Source: Bacteroidota bacterium (GTDB lineage Bacteria; Bacteroidota; Bacteroidia; Bacteroidales; GCA-2748055). From it: 64,000 nt of DNA. A model generated the notes under the pieces. It was not told the origin of the DNA. It saw only the letters and a program-made list of their open reading frames with translations, and ran no database searches. Positions 36,779 to 46,164 of this stretch are shown piece after piece. Location of the stretch: positions 3,695-67,694 of the forward strand of contig JBDLIQ010000006.1 in assembly GCA_039714775.1 (NCBI GenBank), written 5' to 3'. Position numbers and translations under genes: made by a program. Each line of letters begins with the position of its first letter. Position 1 is the stretch's first letter.

Positions 36779-38993
36779 TCTTAATAGTGTAATTGATAGG
36801 GAAATCAGCGTTCAATTTTGTCTCCTCTTCGTTATTATCAATGTTCTTAGTATGAAGAATTACATTCGACAGATCAGCATCTTTATACTCCTCCATATCC
36901 ACGAAAAGATCTGCTTCTTTACCATTATCAGAGACAGACAGTTTTAAACTTAAAACACCAAAATGAGTTAATACACCATTTAGCTCTGTTTTCATTCCCG
37001 GATTGGTCCACTCTTTTGGCAACCCTTCGAACAGGTGCAATTCACCTCCTCTTTCCAGAGCAATCAGATGCCTGACCAAACGTATAAACTCTGCACTGGC
37101 CCAGTTGTGTGGCATATCGCCAACGGGGGAAAAGTCTGATGTTTTTACACTTTGCTCTTCTCTCCAGGCCAATGTAGGTGAAACGTGGTTAGCCATAGCA
37201 TATAGCTTTTTTACGGCCTCATCTCCCTTGTGATTCCACAATAGTGCATGTCCCATAAACGAAGGGAAATAGTTCCAGACACCATCATTGTGCCATCCGG
37301 TATTGTATGTTAATCCCTCTCTTTCTACAGCTTTCAGCATTTTCATATTGGCTTTAACCAGGTCATCATCTTCGGGATAGATCTTTCCCGGGAAGATCGA
37401 ATGCAGAAATGCCCATTGCGCCTTTTGTGGTAATACATTGTCCGGGTCTTCCATTCTGACAGGAAGGTAATCATTACCAAACTCATCGACTTTCATATCC
37501 CTTTCAGCTGCTTTTCGGAAAAGAGCATAAAACTCGTCATACTCCTTTTGCCACTTATCAGCAGTCGATTCCTTATTCAGCCACTTTGCACTTTCTATTG
37601 CAGCTTTCATTCCGTTCAATGACCAATAAATATTTGTGTATTCCGGAAACAGACCCCAGAGACCCCCATCGCTGTTTCCTGCCGGAATAAGTCCATAGTT
37701 AGGTGCATCTGTATCAACACTTGCTCTTGTACGCATTGTATCGATATAATCAAATGCTCTCTCCATTTTACTCCAGTTGGACTCTAGCCACTCTTTATCA
37801 CCTGTTAGTTTTGCGTGGTTCGACACAGCCCAGAGAACAATACCTGTCTCTTTCCAGTGGTCTTTAATCATTTCGAAAGAACCATCGGCATTCTGGTAAC
37901 CCATAAGGTACTCTATACCATTCCGGACATCTCTCTTTTGATCCAGAAAAGTCATAGATTCTAATAAGAAAGCACCATCAACAACCCATAAACCTCTGTA
38001 AACAGTGGGTCCAACCTGGAAAGATAACATCCCATTATCATTTTCGCGAGCCTGGAAAATATTTCTGACAGATGAGTTAACAATATTTTGAATACCCTGA
38101 TCGGGAACCGAAATCTTATTATAAGGAAGATCCAGATTTGCCCAGTAATTATTCGAACTCTGTTTAAGAGATTCAGCCTGTTCAACACTGTTTGGAACAA
38201 TTACAGGATCTTGTCCGGCGTTTACTCCGTAAGTAAATGACTGCTCTTCTCCCGGTTTTAGTTCTATTTGATCAAGTGTAAGTGTATAATAGAATGCCTC
38301 TACACTGTCTTTAAAGACTTTAAGTTTTTTCGAATGAACCTTTGAATCAACAATTTTTTGAGAAAACTTAACCTTCAGGTGCTCTCCAATATTGACAAAA
38401 TATCCATCCAGTTCAGCCTCAAAATTGTATACTGTATTGATGTGCATCACAGGAGAGAAGACGATTGTTTCTTCTCCATTGTTTACATATTTCACTATAC
38501 TAATATCATTTCTCGGAGCTCCGATAATTGAATCGTTGGAGTTATAATCTCTTTGGGCTTTAACTCCGAGATATTGATTCTCCTCATTGCTAAGTTTGTC
38601 GACAAATGCAGGAGCAACAGTGAAACTGCTCTGCTGAATCTGCAAACTGTTTGATTCAAACAGTGTTTCTACTATCGGAATTTTCGGAGATGCTATTTGT
38701 TGATCTTTCCATTGGCAGGTTTCAGGAAGCTGTAAATAAAATTCTGTCCTGAAGCCTCTGAAAGGTCCGTGTTTATCTCTCTTTGCCAATACCCTTACAA
38801 AATCGTAATACATCTGACCCTCCTTTCCAACAACAGTTTTCATGTGGTCATCGGGCAGACCAATGGCAGTCTGCCACCATTCGGGTGCGTACTCCAGATT
38901 GACTTCCAATCCATTATATTCTGTCGGGTTTTGAGTACAGGCACCACCTGCAATTATAGCAATGATGAGCAGTAATGTATTTCGATAAGTCAT
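36768..38993 (-). CDS. Lipoprotein with putative (alpha/alpha)6-barrel glycosidase-like C-terminal domain; family unknown
   Basis: 741 aa. Lipobox IIAGGACTQ. N-terminal ~300 aa look like a beta-sandwich. The C-terminal half has helical-hairpin-type segments (YRGLWVVDGAFLLESMTFLD, NADGSFEMIKDHWKETGIVLWAVSNHAKLTGDKEWLE, GLIPAGNSDGGLWGL, YWSLNGMKAAIESAKWL). No CAZy family is recognisable by eye. Confidence 0.45.
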   Translation of the reverse strand: MTYRNTLLLIIAIIAGGACTQNPTEYNGLEVNLEYAPEWWQTAIGLPDDHMKTVVGKEGQMYYDFVRVLAKRDKHGPFRGFRTEFYLQLPETCQWKDQQIASPKIPIVETLFESNSLQIQQSSFTVAPAFVDKLSNEENQYLGVKAQRDYNSNDSIIGAPRNDISIVKYVNNGEETIVFSPVMHINTVYNFEAELDGYFVNIGEHLKVKFSQKIVDSKVHSKKLKVFKDSVEAFYYTLTLDQIELKPGEEQSFTYGVNAGQDPVIVPNSVEQAESLKQSSNNYWANLDLPYNKISVPDQGIQNIVNSSVRNIFQARENDNGMLSFQVGPTVYRGLWVVDGAFLLESMTFLDQKRDVRNGIEYLMGYQNADGSFEMIKDHWKETGIVLWAVSNHAKLTGDKEWLESNWSKMERAFDYIDTMRTRASVDTDAPNYGLIPAGNSDGGLWGLFPEYTNIYWSLNGMKAAIESAKWLNKESTADKWQKEYDEFYALFRKAAERDMKVDEFGNDYLPVRMEDPDNVLPQKAQWAFLHSIFPGKIYPEDDDLVKANMKMLKAVEREGLTYNTGWHNDGVWNYFPSFMGHALLWNHKGDEAVKKLYAMANHVSPTLAWREEQSVKTSDFSPVGDMPHNWASAEFIRLVRHLIALERGGELHLFEGLPKEWTNPGMKTELNGVLTHFGVLSLKLSVSDNGKEADLFVDMEEYKDADLSNVILHTKNIDNNEEETKLNADFPINYTIKIGS

Positions 38994-39041
38994 ATGGCTA
39001 ATATATATTTAATTGACAAAATGTTACATTCATTTATGTGT

Positions 39042-42000
39042 CTATGGATCAAACTCAATCATGGTTCTATAACTCCCATCCCGGCGAAAAAAGTCGCCCG
39101 GAGTGATATTGTCTTTCACACCTGGGGTGTATACAAATTCGACAATGCCGTTCCATTTTGCAGTGTGAACTTTGCCATCGGCATCAATACAGATACCATA
39201 ATTGGCGTTGTCCTCAAAATGGCCTGTATATGCCAAAGTAGCCGCATCAAAAAGGTGGATCCCTCCATTGTGGACAACCCACATTCCATCTGCACCAATT
39301 TCGATATCGTTGACAGAACCGGTGGTACGGGAAAAACCTAAATCGGTGTAATTTTGGTTATTTTCATGATATACCATGTTGTTCACACCATCAAATTTGC
39401 CGTACCGGATAACATCATCATCACCCACGTAAACCGCACTTCCCGAGTGGTAAGCGCCTCCCTGAAACGCCTGTTGCACAAAGGTCCCACCGGAAAATGT
39501 CCAGGTGGAGAGCCCCTCGCTCTGGGCCACATGGATGTATCCTTTTGAATCGACCGCAATATCCATTGCATTCACAGAACCGTGGTGTCCCATATTCGTG
39601 TAGGTGCCGTCCGCATAGGTCCAGCTGTCAAGACCGCCCTCATTGTTTCTGGAAGTATAGATGGTGCCATCCGGCGCTATCGCCATGCCGGTTGCATCGG
39701 AGAAACTGGTGCTGCCATCCTCTGCAAATGTACCGGTGGATGCATTGTAGCTGAAAAAGGTGAGTCCGGTGGCACTGAGCAGATGCATTCCACCCGGAAC
39801 AGATGCCATCTCCACAACATCTGCAGGAGATCCCCATCCTCCCACAATGGAATAGGCAGATCCATTGTGTTCAAGTGCAGCAACTCCACCGGTATGCCCG
39901 GCAAACAGATGCGTCCTGTCATCATTTGCAAACAGGGGGGAGTCATGATCAGGGTCTCCGATGGAAACATGGAAGGAGGTTGTATCCGTCCATAAAACAA
40001 CTGCCGAACCACATAAGGAGCTGATATCCCAGTTGCCATGATACGCATAACTTACACGGAAACTATACTGATATCCTTCCGGCAGATCTGCAATATTCAG
40101 CCAGCTCATCTCACTGGTACCAACAGGTGTAAAATAGAATCCTCTGAGATCGGTATAACTGCTGAATCCGAGCTCATCAGCTCCAAGGAAACAGCTCCCG
40201 CTGCCATATCCCGGAATCTCAACAATCTCATGATCATCCTGAAGAATCTCTATTCTGTTTTCATAGTTTCCAGGACTATCCCACGACAGATGAATTCCCT
40301 CCTCAACAGCTCCATCGATCCGGAAATGTTGACTCGTTCTGCGATTGTATCCTGTTTTGAAACTTTGAGAACTTGTCCATGAATCGGAAGAGTAACTCAG
40401 TTGAAATCCATCAAGATCTTTAAACTCATCAATGGAGATCATCTCATTATTTCCGGGATAGGTTTCGCTCACAAATTCAATCGCCTCCAGGTTCCAGCTT
40501 GTACTGCTCCCCAGAACTCCTGCATTCAGCTGAGCATAACCCATACCGAAGGCACCCGGATTGGTCGGATGCTCAATAAGCAGCTCTCCGTCAACCAGAG
40601 CATTAAGGTGATATTCATAATCCCCGGGATCGGTCCAGCTTAACTGAATAGCCGATGGGATACGGTGTGGATCAATCTGCATCGTAGGCTTCTGCTTCAA
40701 CGGTACAATGGTTCCATCGGGGTTGAAAGAGAGCTTGCTGTAATGCGGTCTTCTCCCCTGATAATTACCCAGATGATCAAATGTGCCTATCCCGTAGAAC
40801 ATGAACATCTCGCCGTTACGCTTTGTAACAGCTCTCCCCGAACCTCCTATTTCTCTTAGTCCCGGTGTATGAAACGGCACATCTCCCAGATTTGGGTAGG
40901 CCTCATATAGTTTATGCTCCTCTCCAATGCCGCGCGCTATGGTTTCAAAACTATCACCAATAAAGTAACTCATGCTGTAGTTGCCAACCACATGACCATG
41001 GGTAAATATGAAGTAATACTTACCCTCTTTTTTAAATGCAGTTGCATTTTCGTTTATTCCCTGTTCTCCTGCAACCGGATTGCTGTTTTGTACAATATTG
41101 ATGGGTTCGTGCCATATCTTCTTTGCATCGGAAGGATCGTCAAATCTGAAATCATCGGCTATTCTTGCAGAAGCGATGTGGTTACCCTGTTCGAACCAGA
41201 CCCAGTAATACCATCGTTCTCCTTCAATTTCAAAAATATCGCCATTCAGATGTATTCCGTTTATCTGGCCACCTGCCGGTGCACTCCACGACTGATGAGT
41301 GCGTGGCATACCTCCCTGAACTACAAGCTGCGTTCCCAGATTAGTACCAATATCCACATTTACCACATAGGCATTAATCATACGGGGATAGCCTTCCCAT
41401 TCAAAATCGCCATTGCTGTTTTTGTACGCCATCTGGTAGAACTGGGTCTGAATTTCAACATTATTATCTGTTGCCCATTGGGCGCTTTTTCCTTCGGGAA
41501 CTCTGGCTGCTGCAAAGGTTAAGACGTACTTATCGCCCTCTCTGATTGCCAGTTGTCCTCCCACATAGTAATAATCGAAACGGGGATCCTGGACACTTGG
41601 ATCAAAAGTTGCTTTGTATTTAAAATCGAAGTCTTCTCCATTTGACGGATACATGGGCGATTCGTAAATATCCAATTTATTATAATTGTGCGTATGTCCC
41701 ACACCATAAATTGTCTCACCGTCATCAACAACCACAAAATCACCGTTAACATGGTGATCACCATGGGTAAGAGAGCTACGGGGCAGTTCCGTGCGTGTTG
41801 TAGCATCAACTTTGGTCGCCAGATAACTGATTTTACGGGCTTCACTTACAGTATACATGTAGTACCGGTCCGGTTCGTTCTTAAATTTCAGACAGACCCT
41901 GTTTTCTGTTCCGTAATACCCGGGTGGTGTGGCAATTACAAAAGCCTCTCTCAACTGAGACAACCATTCAACCGGGCAGATAATATCATATGGCAACTTC

Positions 42001-42113
42001 TGTGCATCTGAACATAAATCGGCATCAGCCCCTGTCATAACATCCACTCCCAAAAGGGTACCCGACATTACAATGGATAGCAGAAAACCAATGATTATCA
42101 TTTTTAATCCCAT
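39042..42113 (-). CDS. Large secreted multi-domain protein: GH43-like propeller segment plus C-terminal LVIVD/lactonase-like propeller; function unknown
   Basis: 1023 aa with a signal peptide and no T9SS CTD. The middle resembles clan GH-F blades (INENATAFKKEGKYYFIFTHGH, GGSGRAVTKRNGEMFMFYGIG, FEIEGERWYYWVWFE). The C-terminal ~330 aa carry repeated blade motifs (ATGMAIAPDGTIYTS..GGLDSWTYADGTY; AMDIAVDSKGYIHVAQSEGLSTWTFSGGTF; VNDIEIGADGMWVVHNGGIHLFDAATLAY). Confidence 0.5.
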   Translation of the reverse strand: MGLKMIIIGFLLSIVMSGTLLGVDVMTGADADLCSDAQKLPYDIICPVEWLSQLREAFVIATPPGYYGTENRVCLKFKNEPDRYYMYTVSEARKISYLATKVDATTRTELPRSSLTHGDHHVNGDFVVVDDGETIYGVGHTHNYNKLDIYESPMYPSNGEDFDFKYKATFDPSVQDPRFDYYYVGGQLAIREGDKYVLTFAAARVPEGKSAQWATDNNVEIQTQFYQMAYKNSNGDFEWEGYPRMINAYVVNVDIGTNLGTQLVVQGGMPRTHQSWSAPAGGQINGIHLNGDIFEIEGERWYYWVWFEQGNHIASARIADDFRFDDPSDAKKIWHEPINIVQNSNPVAGEQGINENATAFKKEGKYYFIFTHGHVVGNYSMSYFIGDSFETIARGIGEEHKLYEAYPNLGDVPFHTPGLREIGGSGRAVTKRNGEMFMFYGIGTFDHLGNYQGRRPHYSKLSFNPDGTIVPLKQKPTMQIDPHRIPSAIQLSWTDPGDYEYHLNALVDGELLIEHPTNPGAFGMGYAQLNAGVLGSSTSWNLEAIEFVSETYPGNNEMISIDEFKDLDGFQLSYSSDSWTSSQSFKTGYNRRTSQHFRIDGAVEEGIHLSWDSPGNYENRIEILQDDHEIVEIPGYGSGSCFLGADELGFSSYTDLRGFYFTPVGTSEMSWLNIADLPEGYQYSFRVSYAYHGNWDISSLCGSAVVLWTDTTSFHVSIGDPDHDSPLFANDDRTHLFAGHTGGVAALEHNGSAYSIVGGWGSPADVVEMASVPGGMHLLSATGLTFFSYNASTGTFAEDGSTSFSDATGMAIAPDGTIYTSRNNEGGLDSWTYADGTYTNMGHHGSVNAMDIAVDSKGYIHVAQSEGLSTWTFSGGTFVQQAFQGGAYHSGSAVYVGDDDVIRYGKFDGVNNMVYHENNQNYTDLGFSRTTGSVNDIEIGADGMWVVHNGGIHLFDAATLAYTGHFEDNANYGICIDADGKVHTAKWNGIVEFVYTPGVKDNITPGDFFRRDGSYRTMIEFDP

Positions 42114-42122
42114 CTCCGGATC

Positions 42123-43193
42123 TTACAATTTGATTATTTTTCCCAGCGGGGTATTATTTGATACAACAATATAAATACCCGAACTCAAAGTTGATATATC
42201 GATCTTCCTATTTGGATAGATGGTTCCGCTTAAAACCATTTCTCCACCGATACCATAGATCGTAAATGGCATAGGTGTGCTAATGTTTGCTGCGTATATA
42301 TAGTTGAGGGATGGATTTGGGTAAAAAGAAAACTCTTCAACACATAAATCACTGCTACCTAAAACAAGCGTTCCAAGTACAGAGATCTTTTTCCCGTAAT
42401 TCTCTGTGATTAACAGGTTCTCACCTAAAAATGCAATGTCGGTGGGTCCGTTTAATCCGCTTACAACATCAACTGCAACCTGTGGACCATTTAAAATATC
42501 GACTTTAGATATTTTATTCTCATTTTTTACAGCTATATACAACAAATCATCCTGAATTTTAAGCCCTATGGGGGCTCCAAGTTCGCTTACAACAGTATTT
42601 GGAACAGGCAGATCACTCGAAATATCAATTTTCGACACCCTGTTTCCTTCAGTTTCTGAAACATACAGATCGTTCCCATTTAAAGCCAGTGAACTTGGAA
42701 AACTCAGCCCTTCCACAACAATTTCGGGCGTGTAGGATGAATTGCCAATATCAATTCTGGATATTGTACCTGCCTGACTCTCGGTGTAATACAGATAGTG
42801 GTCATGGATTGCCAAACCATTCGGCAACCTTAAATCGCTTAATGCATCAACAAGCGTTGGTGAATTGTCTGACAGATCAATTCTGGATATCTTATTATCG
42901 TAAGCAATTGCAATGTACAGTTCATCTCCATAAAGAGCCATACTGCTTGGGTCATGAATTCCGTTTACTACATCAACCGGGGTTGGTGTGTAACTTGAAA
43001 GCCTGACTTTACACAGTTTATTGCTGGTTTGTTCGGTAAAATAGAGATAATTCTCCACCACAAACAGCCTGTTTGGCTGGCTTGAGGTTCTCTGTACAAC
43101 ATCCGTGGTCTGGGCCACAGCGACCATACAGCTTAAGATGAAGAAAAGTACCAGATTAGATGCCTTGCCCATAGAAAAAATATTAAGTCTCAA
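42123..43193 (-). CDS. Six-bladed beta-propeller (YWTD/NHL-like) protein with T9SS CTD
   Basis: Six repeats of the form [YLYFTEQTSNKLCKVRL / ELYIAIAYDNKISRIDL / YLYYTESQAGTISRIDI / DLYVSETEGNRVSKIDI / LLYIAVKNENKISKVDI / NLLITENYGKKISVLG]. CTD: FSFYPNPSLNYIY ... GIYIVVSNN ... KIIKL. The track start is TTG 43193. ATG 43172 (MGKASNLVLFFILSCMVAVAQ) is more likely. Confidence 0.65.
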   Translation of the reverse strand: MRLNIFSMGKASNLVLFFILSCMVAVAQTTDVVQRTSSQPNRLFVVENYLYFTEQTSNKLCKVRLSSYTPTPVDVVNGIHDPSSMALYGDELYIAIAYDNKISRIDLSDNSPTLVDALSDLRLPNGLAIHDHYLYYTESQAGTISRIDIGNSSYTPEIVVEGLSFPSSLALNGNDLYVSETEGNRVSKIDISSDLPVPNTVVSELGAPIGLKIQDDLLYIAVKNENKISKVDILNGPQVAVDVVSGLNGPTDIAFLGENLLITENYGKKISVLGTLVLGSSDLCVEEFSFYPNPSLNYIYAANISTPMPFTIYGIGGEMVLSGTIYPNRKIDISTLSSGIYIVVSNNTPLGKIIKL

Positions 43194-43199
43194 ACGCAG

Positions 43200-43230
43200 A
43201 AAAAGTCACTGCCGGAAAGCCGGCAGTGAC
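43200..43230 (-). terminator. Rho-independent terminator closing the SusC-SusD-LamG cassette of PUL-B
   Basis: Minus strand: GTCACTGCCGGctttCCGGCAGTGAC, a perfect 11-bp stem, followed by TTTTT. It lies 27 nt after the LamG2 stop. Confidence 0.75.
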
Positions 43231-43256
43231 CCATGCTTACTTAAAAAACCCACCGA

Positions 43257-44195
43257 CTATTGAACGACAACTTTTGCTGAATAGTCAAGCACTTTCACTA
43301 CATACAACCCTGCACCCAGTGAGATATCGCCAATTTTCGAAACAGGCTTCTCTGCAACCAGTTTACCTGCTATATCAAATACCGAAACCTGCTCATCACC
43401 CAATGAACCAGCAACATCAACAACAATCCTGTTATAACGGGTATAGATGTTTGGGGTTTGTCCATTGCTGATATGATCACTGATACCGAGTGTTCCATCA
43501 AAGAGTTTGCCCACTTCATCAGCTGAAAGCGCCCTTTTAAAAACCTGCAGATCACTCAATGCACCATTGAAGGGGATATCATCATCCCACATACTTCTCG
43601 GAAGCATATTCTGACTATCATCTATTGTGCTGAAATTTCTGGTAGCAGCCTCCATAAGAATCTCAACACCATCCTGATACCCTCTTATTTCATCAGCTGT
43701 AAGTACGATGACCGAGTGATGCCATACCTCATATTTAATCGTATCAACAGCCGTAATAGCATGAGCCCATGGCCATGGCGGAACCCCACCTTCGGGTGAC
43801 AAATAAAACTGAGTTTTATTCATATCTAAAACCAGGGTCATATGGTCCTTGGGCTCAACGGCCCCATGTCCGGCACCGTCATCGAATCCATTACCAATAG
43901 ACCAGAGACGCCCTAATCCTGCACCTACATCACACCTGAACCATAAAGAGATAGTTACTTCATCAAGGCCGTTAACGAAAGAGGGGAGACTGATATAACT
44001 ATCTGTTCCATCAAAATATGCTACATCTCCCTTATTAACATCAGTAATAAAAGTGACATTGCCTACTAATGTCCCGTTTAATCCAGCCACGATTTCATCT
44101 GCATTCGCCTGCAGCGGCCAGTGATAATCCTGTGCGAACAGTGCTTGCCCACATACTAAAAACATTCCGGCTAAAAGTAGAGTTGTTTTTTTCAT
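43257..44195 (-). CDS. LamG/concanavalin-like lectin-domain protein with T9SS CTD (paralog of 17627-18586)
   Basis: 312 aa. The N-terminus is collinear with the PUL-A protein (MKK...AQDYHWPLQ vs MKK...AQDHHWPLE; GDVAYFDGTDSYISLPSFVNG vs GDVCYFNGEGYANLPSFING; GALSDLQVFKRALSADEV vs GALSDLRVWNSALTYEEV). CTD: VSVFDIAGKLVAEKPV ... GLYVVKV. Confidence 0.7.
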   Translation of the reverse strand: MKKTTLLLAGMFLVCGQALFAQDYHWPLQANADEIVAGLNGTLVGNVTFITDVNKGDVAYFDGTDSYISLPSFVNGLDEVTISLWFRCDVGAGLGRLWSIGNGFDDGAGHGAVEPKDHMTLVLDMNKTQFYLSPEGGVPPWPWAHAITAVDTIKYEVWHHSVIVLTADEIRGYQDGVEILMEAATRNFSTIDDSQNMLPRSMWDDDIPFNGALSDLQVFKRALSADEVGKLFDGTLGISDHISNGQTPNIYTRYNRIVVDVAGSLGDEQVSVFDIAGKLVAEKPVSKIGDISLGAGLYVVKVLDYSAKVVVQ

Positions 44196-44293
44196 AATTA
44201 ATTGGTTTTGAATTAATAATAGGTTTTAGTAAAAAAAATTGATATAACAGTAATATGCTAATCTCTAAACACTCAACAGGACTTCATTGACCA

Positions 44294-46153
44294 CTACCAG
44301 TTAAGATTCTGAACCAGGTTGGGATTCTCGTGAAGATCGGTTGTTGCTATTGGCCACAGGTAATCCCTGGGTACAACAAAATTCCGTGTCTGAACCACCT
44401 CCTTGATCTGGTTATACTCTTCCAGTGTAGCGCCTGTTACAGTGAGCCCCTTCAGGTCCTCGTTAAACTCTTCGCCCCTTTTCCATCTTCTGACATCCCA
44501 GATCCTGTGGCCCTCGAAAGCAAGTTCAATCTCTCTTTCTGTCTGAATTATTTCGCGTAATCCCTCCTTGGTAGTGGGTATGCTGGGATCAATCGCAGAG
44601 GTCCACGCCTGGTTAACCCCCGGGATACCCGCCCTGGAGCGAACCTGATCCAGGTAATAGATCGCATCGTTACCCTCATCATCGGTTGTGCCATGTCCGT
44701 ATTCATTCAATGCCTCGGCCAGGTCAAGATAGAGCTCAGAGAGCCTGAGAAGCGGCCAGGCATAGAATTTCAATTTATAATTGGCAGCAGTCAGGCTCGA
44801 TTTTGGATGGACTCCCTTTTTTACCATATAACCGGTTAAGGAGTGGTTCATCTTCTGACCTTCATAACCAAACCCGTCGATCTCCTCATACCTGAGCTGT
44901 ATAAGATGTTCCTCTTCACTTGCCAGGAAAGTACCCCTGTCAAATCCAATGTTCGCATAGAAACGGGGTTCCCTGCCCCTGTTCATGCTCAGGGTACTGT
45001 CTCCCGGGGTAACAGTATAACGGTTTGCGTAGTCAAAAGCGGGATCCTGGTCCATGGGCAATCCATTTTCAGTAAGGTATATTTCAGCCTGGTTAAATGT
45101 AGCGGCCAGGGTGCCGAGCCCTCCATGCCTGCTACCCTGGATATCGCGGGGGCCACACCATTTCTGATGGCTCCACCAGGTATCTTCCCTTCGGCTGTAA
45201 CCCCAGATAAGCTCACTGTTCCAGGCCTCTACCATGGTATATTTGCAATTTTTCATGGCAATCTCAAAATCATTGTCGCCTGTCTGCTCCCTGTAGAGTG
45301 TATAACCCTGACCTTCTGCTTCATCGATGGCCTCTTTCAGCGCATCTGCTGCCCTCTTCCATTTTTCGGCATCATAGCTCGCCGGAAACAGGGTTGTTCC
45401 GTCCGGTCCGGCTACTCCAGCATAATCGGGATTGCCGTTAAAGAGGGGACTTGCGGCATACATCAGCAACCTCCCTTTTAATCCTTTCGCAATGGATTTG
45501 GTAATTCTTCCCAGGTAGGTATCCTGATGCTGGGCCGCCAGCATCGGGTACGCTTCATCCAGCTTCTGAACAATAAAATCAACACACTCATCATAGGGGA
45601 CACGCTGCGGATAGTACTCCTCCTCAGGGGCATCAAAGGGAATAACCCTTCTTACAAGTACAATGGGTCCATATTGCCGCAAGGCAATATAATGAAGGTA
45701 TGCGATGATAAAGGTCGCTTCTCCCTCCATTTCGGTAATCTCCTTCGCGGTAAAACCCGGTGTATCTTCTATATGCTCAAGGAATATATAGGCCTGCCTG
45801 ATCCCTTCGTAGACGGACAAACATACAGCTCCGCCTCCATGAGCTCCTCCTCCGCTCCAGTAGTTAAAGAGAACGTGACTCGGGTTACTTTCACCTTTAA
45901 CCAACCGGTAAGCTGTCTGGTTATCAAAGGGGACAGCCACCTCGTCGGACCCCCACAGATCGGGAACAGAAACTGCATCACCAGATCGTGGTGTGTAAGC
46001 ATACAGTGAGTAGAGGAATCGTTCTGCCTCCTGTTTCCGGGAGAAGGCATCCTCAACCGTAGCTGTATCATCAGGAACTATATCTAAATAGTCGCAGGCT
46101 GAAAGGCCGAATATCACTAAAAGTAGAGCGGTATATTTATATGTCCGTTTCAT
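44294..46153 (-). CDS. SusD/RagB-family lipoprotein (PUL-B)
   Basis: 619 aa. Lipobox GLSACDY. Directly downstream of SusC (11-nt gap). C-terminal WPIATTDLHENPNLVQNLNW is typical of the family. Confidence 0.88.
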   Translation of the reverse strand: MKRTYKYTALLLVIFGLSACDYLDIVPDDTATVEDAFSRKQEAERFLYSLYAYTPRSGDAVSVPDLWGSDEVAVPFDNQTAYRLVKGESNPSHVLFNYWSGGGAHGGGAVCLSVYEGIRQAYIFLEHIEDTPGFTAKEITEMEGEATFIIAYLHYIALRQYGPIVLVRRVIPFDAPEEEYYPQRVPYDECVDFIVQKLDEAYPMLAAQHQDTYLGRITKSIAKGLKGRLLMYAASPLFNGNPDYAGVAGPDGTTLFPASYDAEKWKRAADALKEAIDEAEGQGYTLYREQTGDNDFEIAMKNCKYTMVEAWNSELIWGYSRREDTWWSHQKWCGPRDIQGSRHGGLGTLAATFNQAEIYLTENGLPMDQDPAFDYANRYTVTPGDSTLSMNRGREPRFYANIGFDRGTFLASEEEHLIQLRYEEIDGFGYEGQKMNHSLTGYMVKKGVHPKSSLTAANYKLKFYAWPLLRLSELYLDLAEALNEYGHGTTDDEGNDAIYYLDQVRSRAGIPGVNQAWTSAIDPSIPTTKEGLREIIQTEREIELAFEGHRIWDVRRWKRGEEFNEDLKGLTVTGATLEEYNQIKEVVQTRNFVVPRDYLWPIATTDLHENPNLVQNLNW

Positions 46154-46164
46154 ATCTTCAATTA

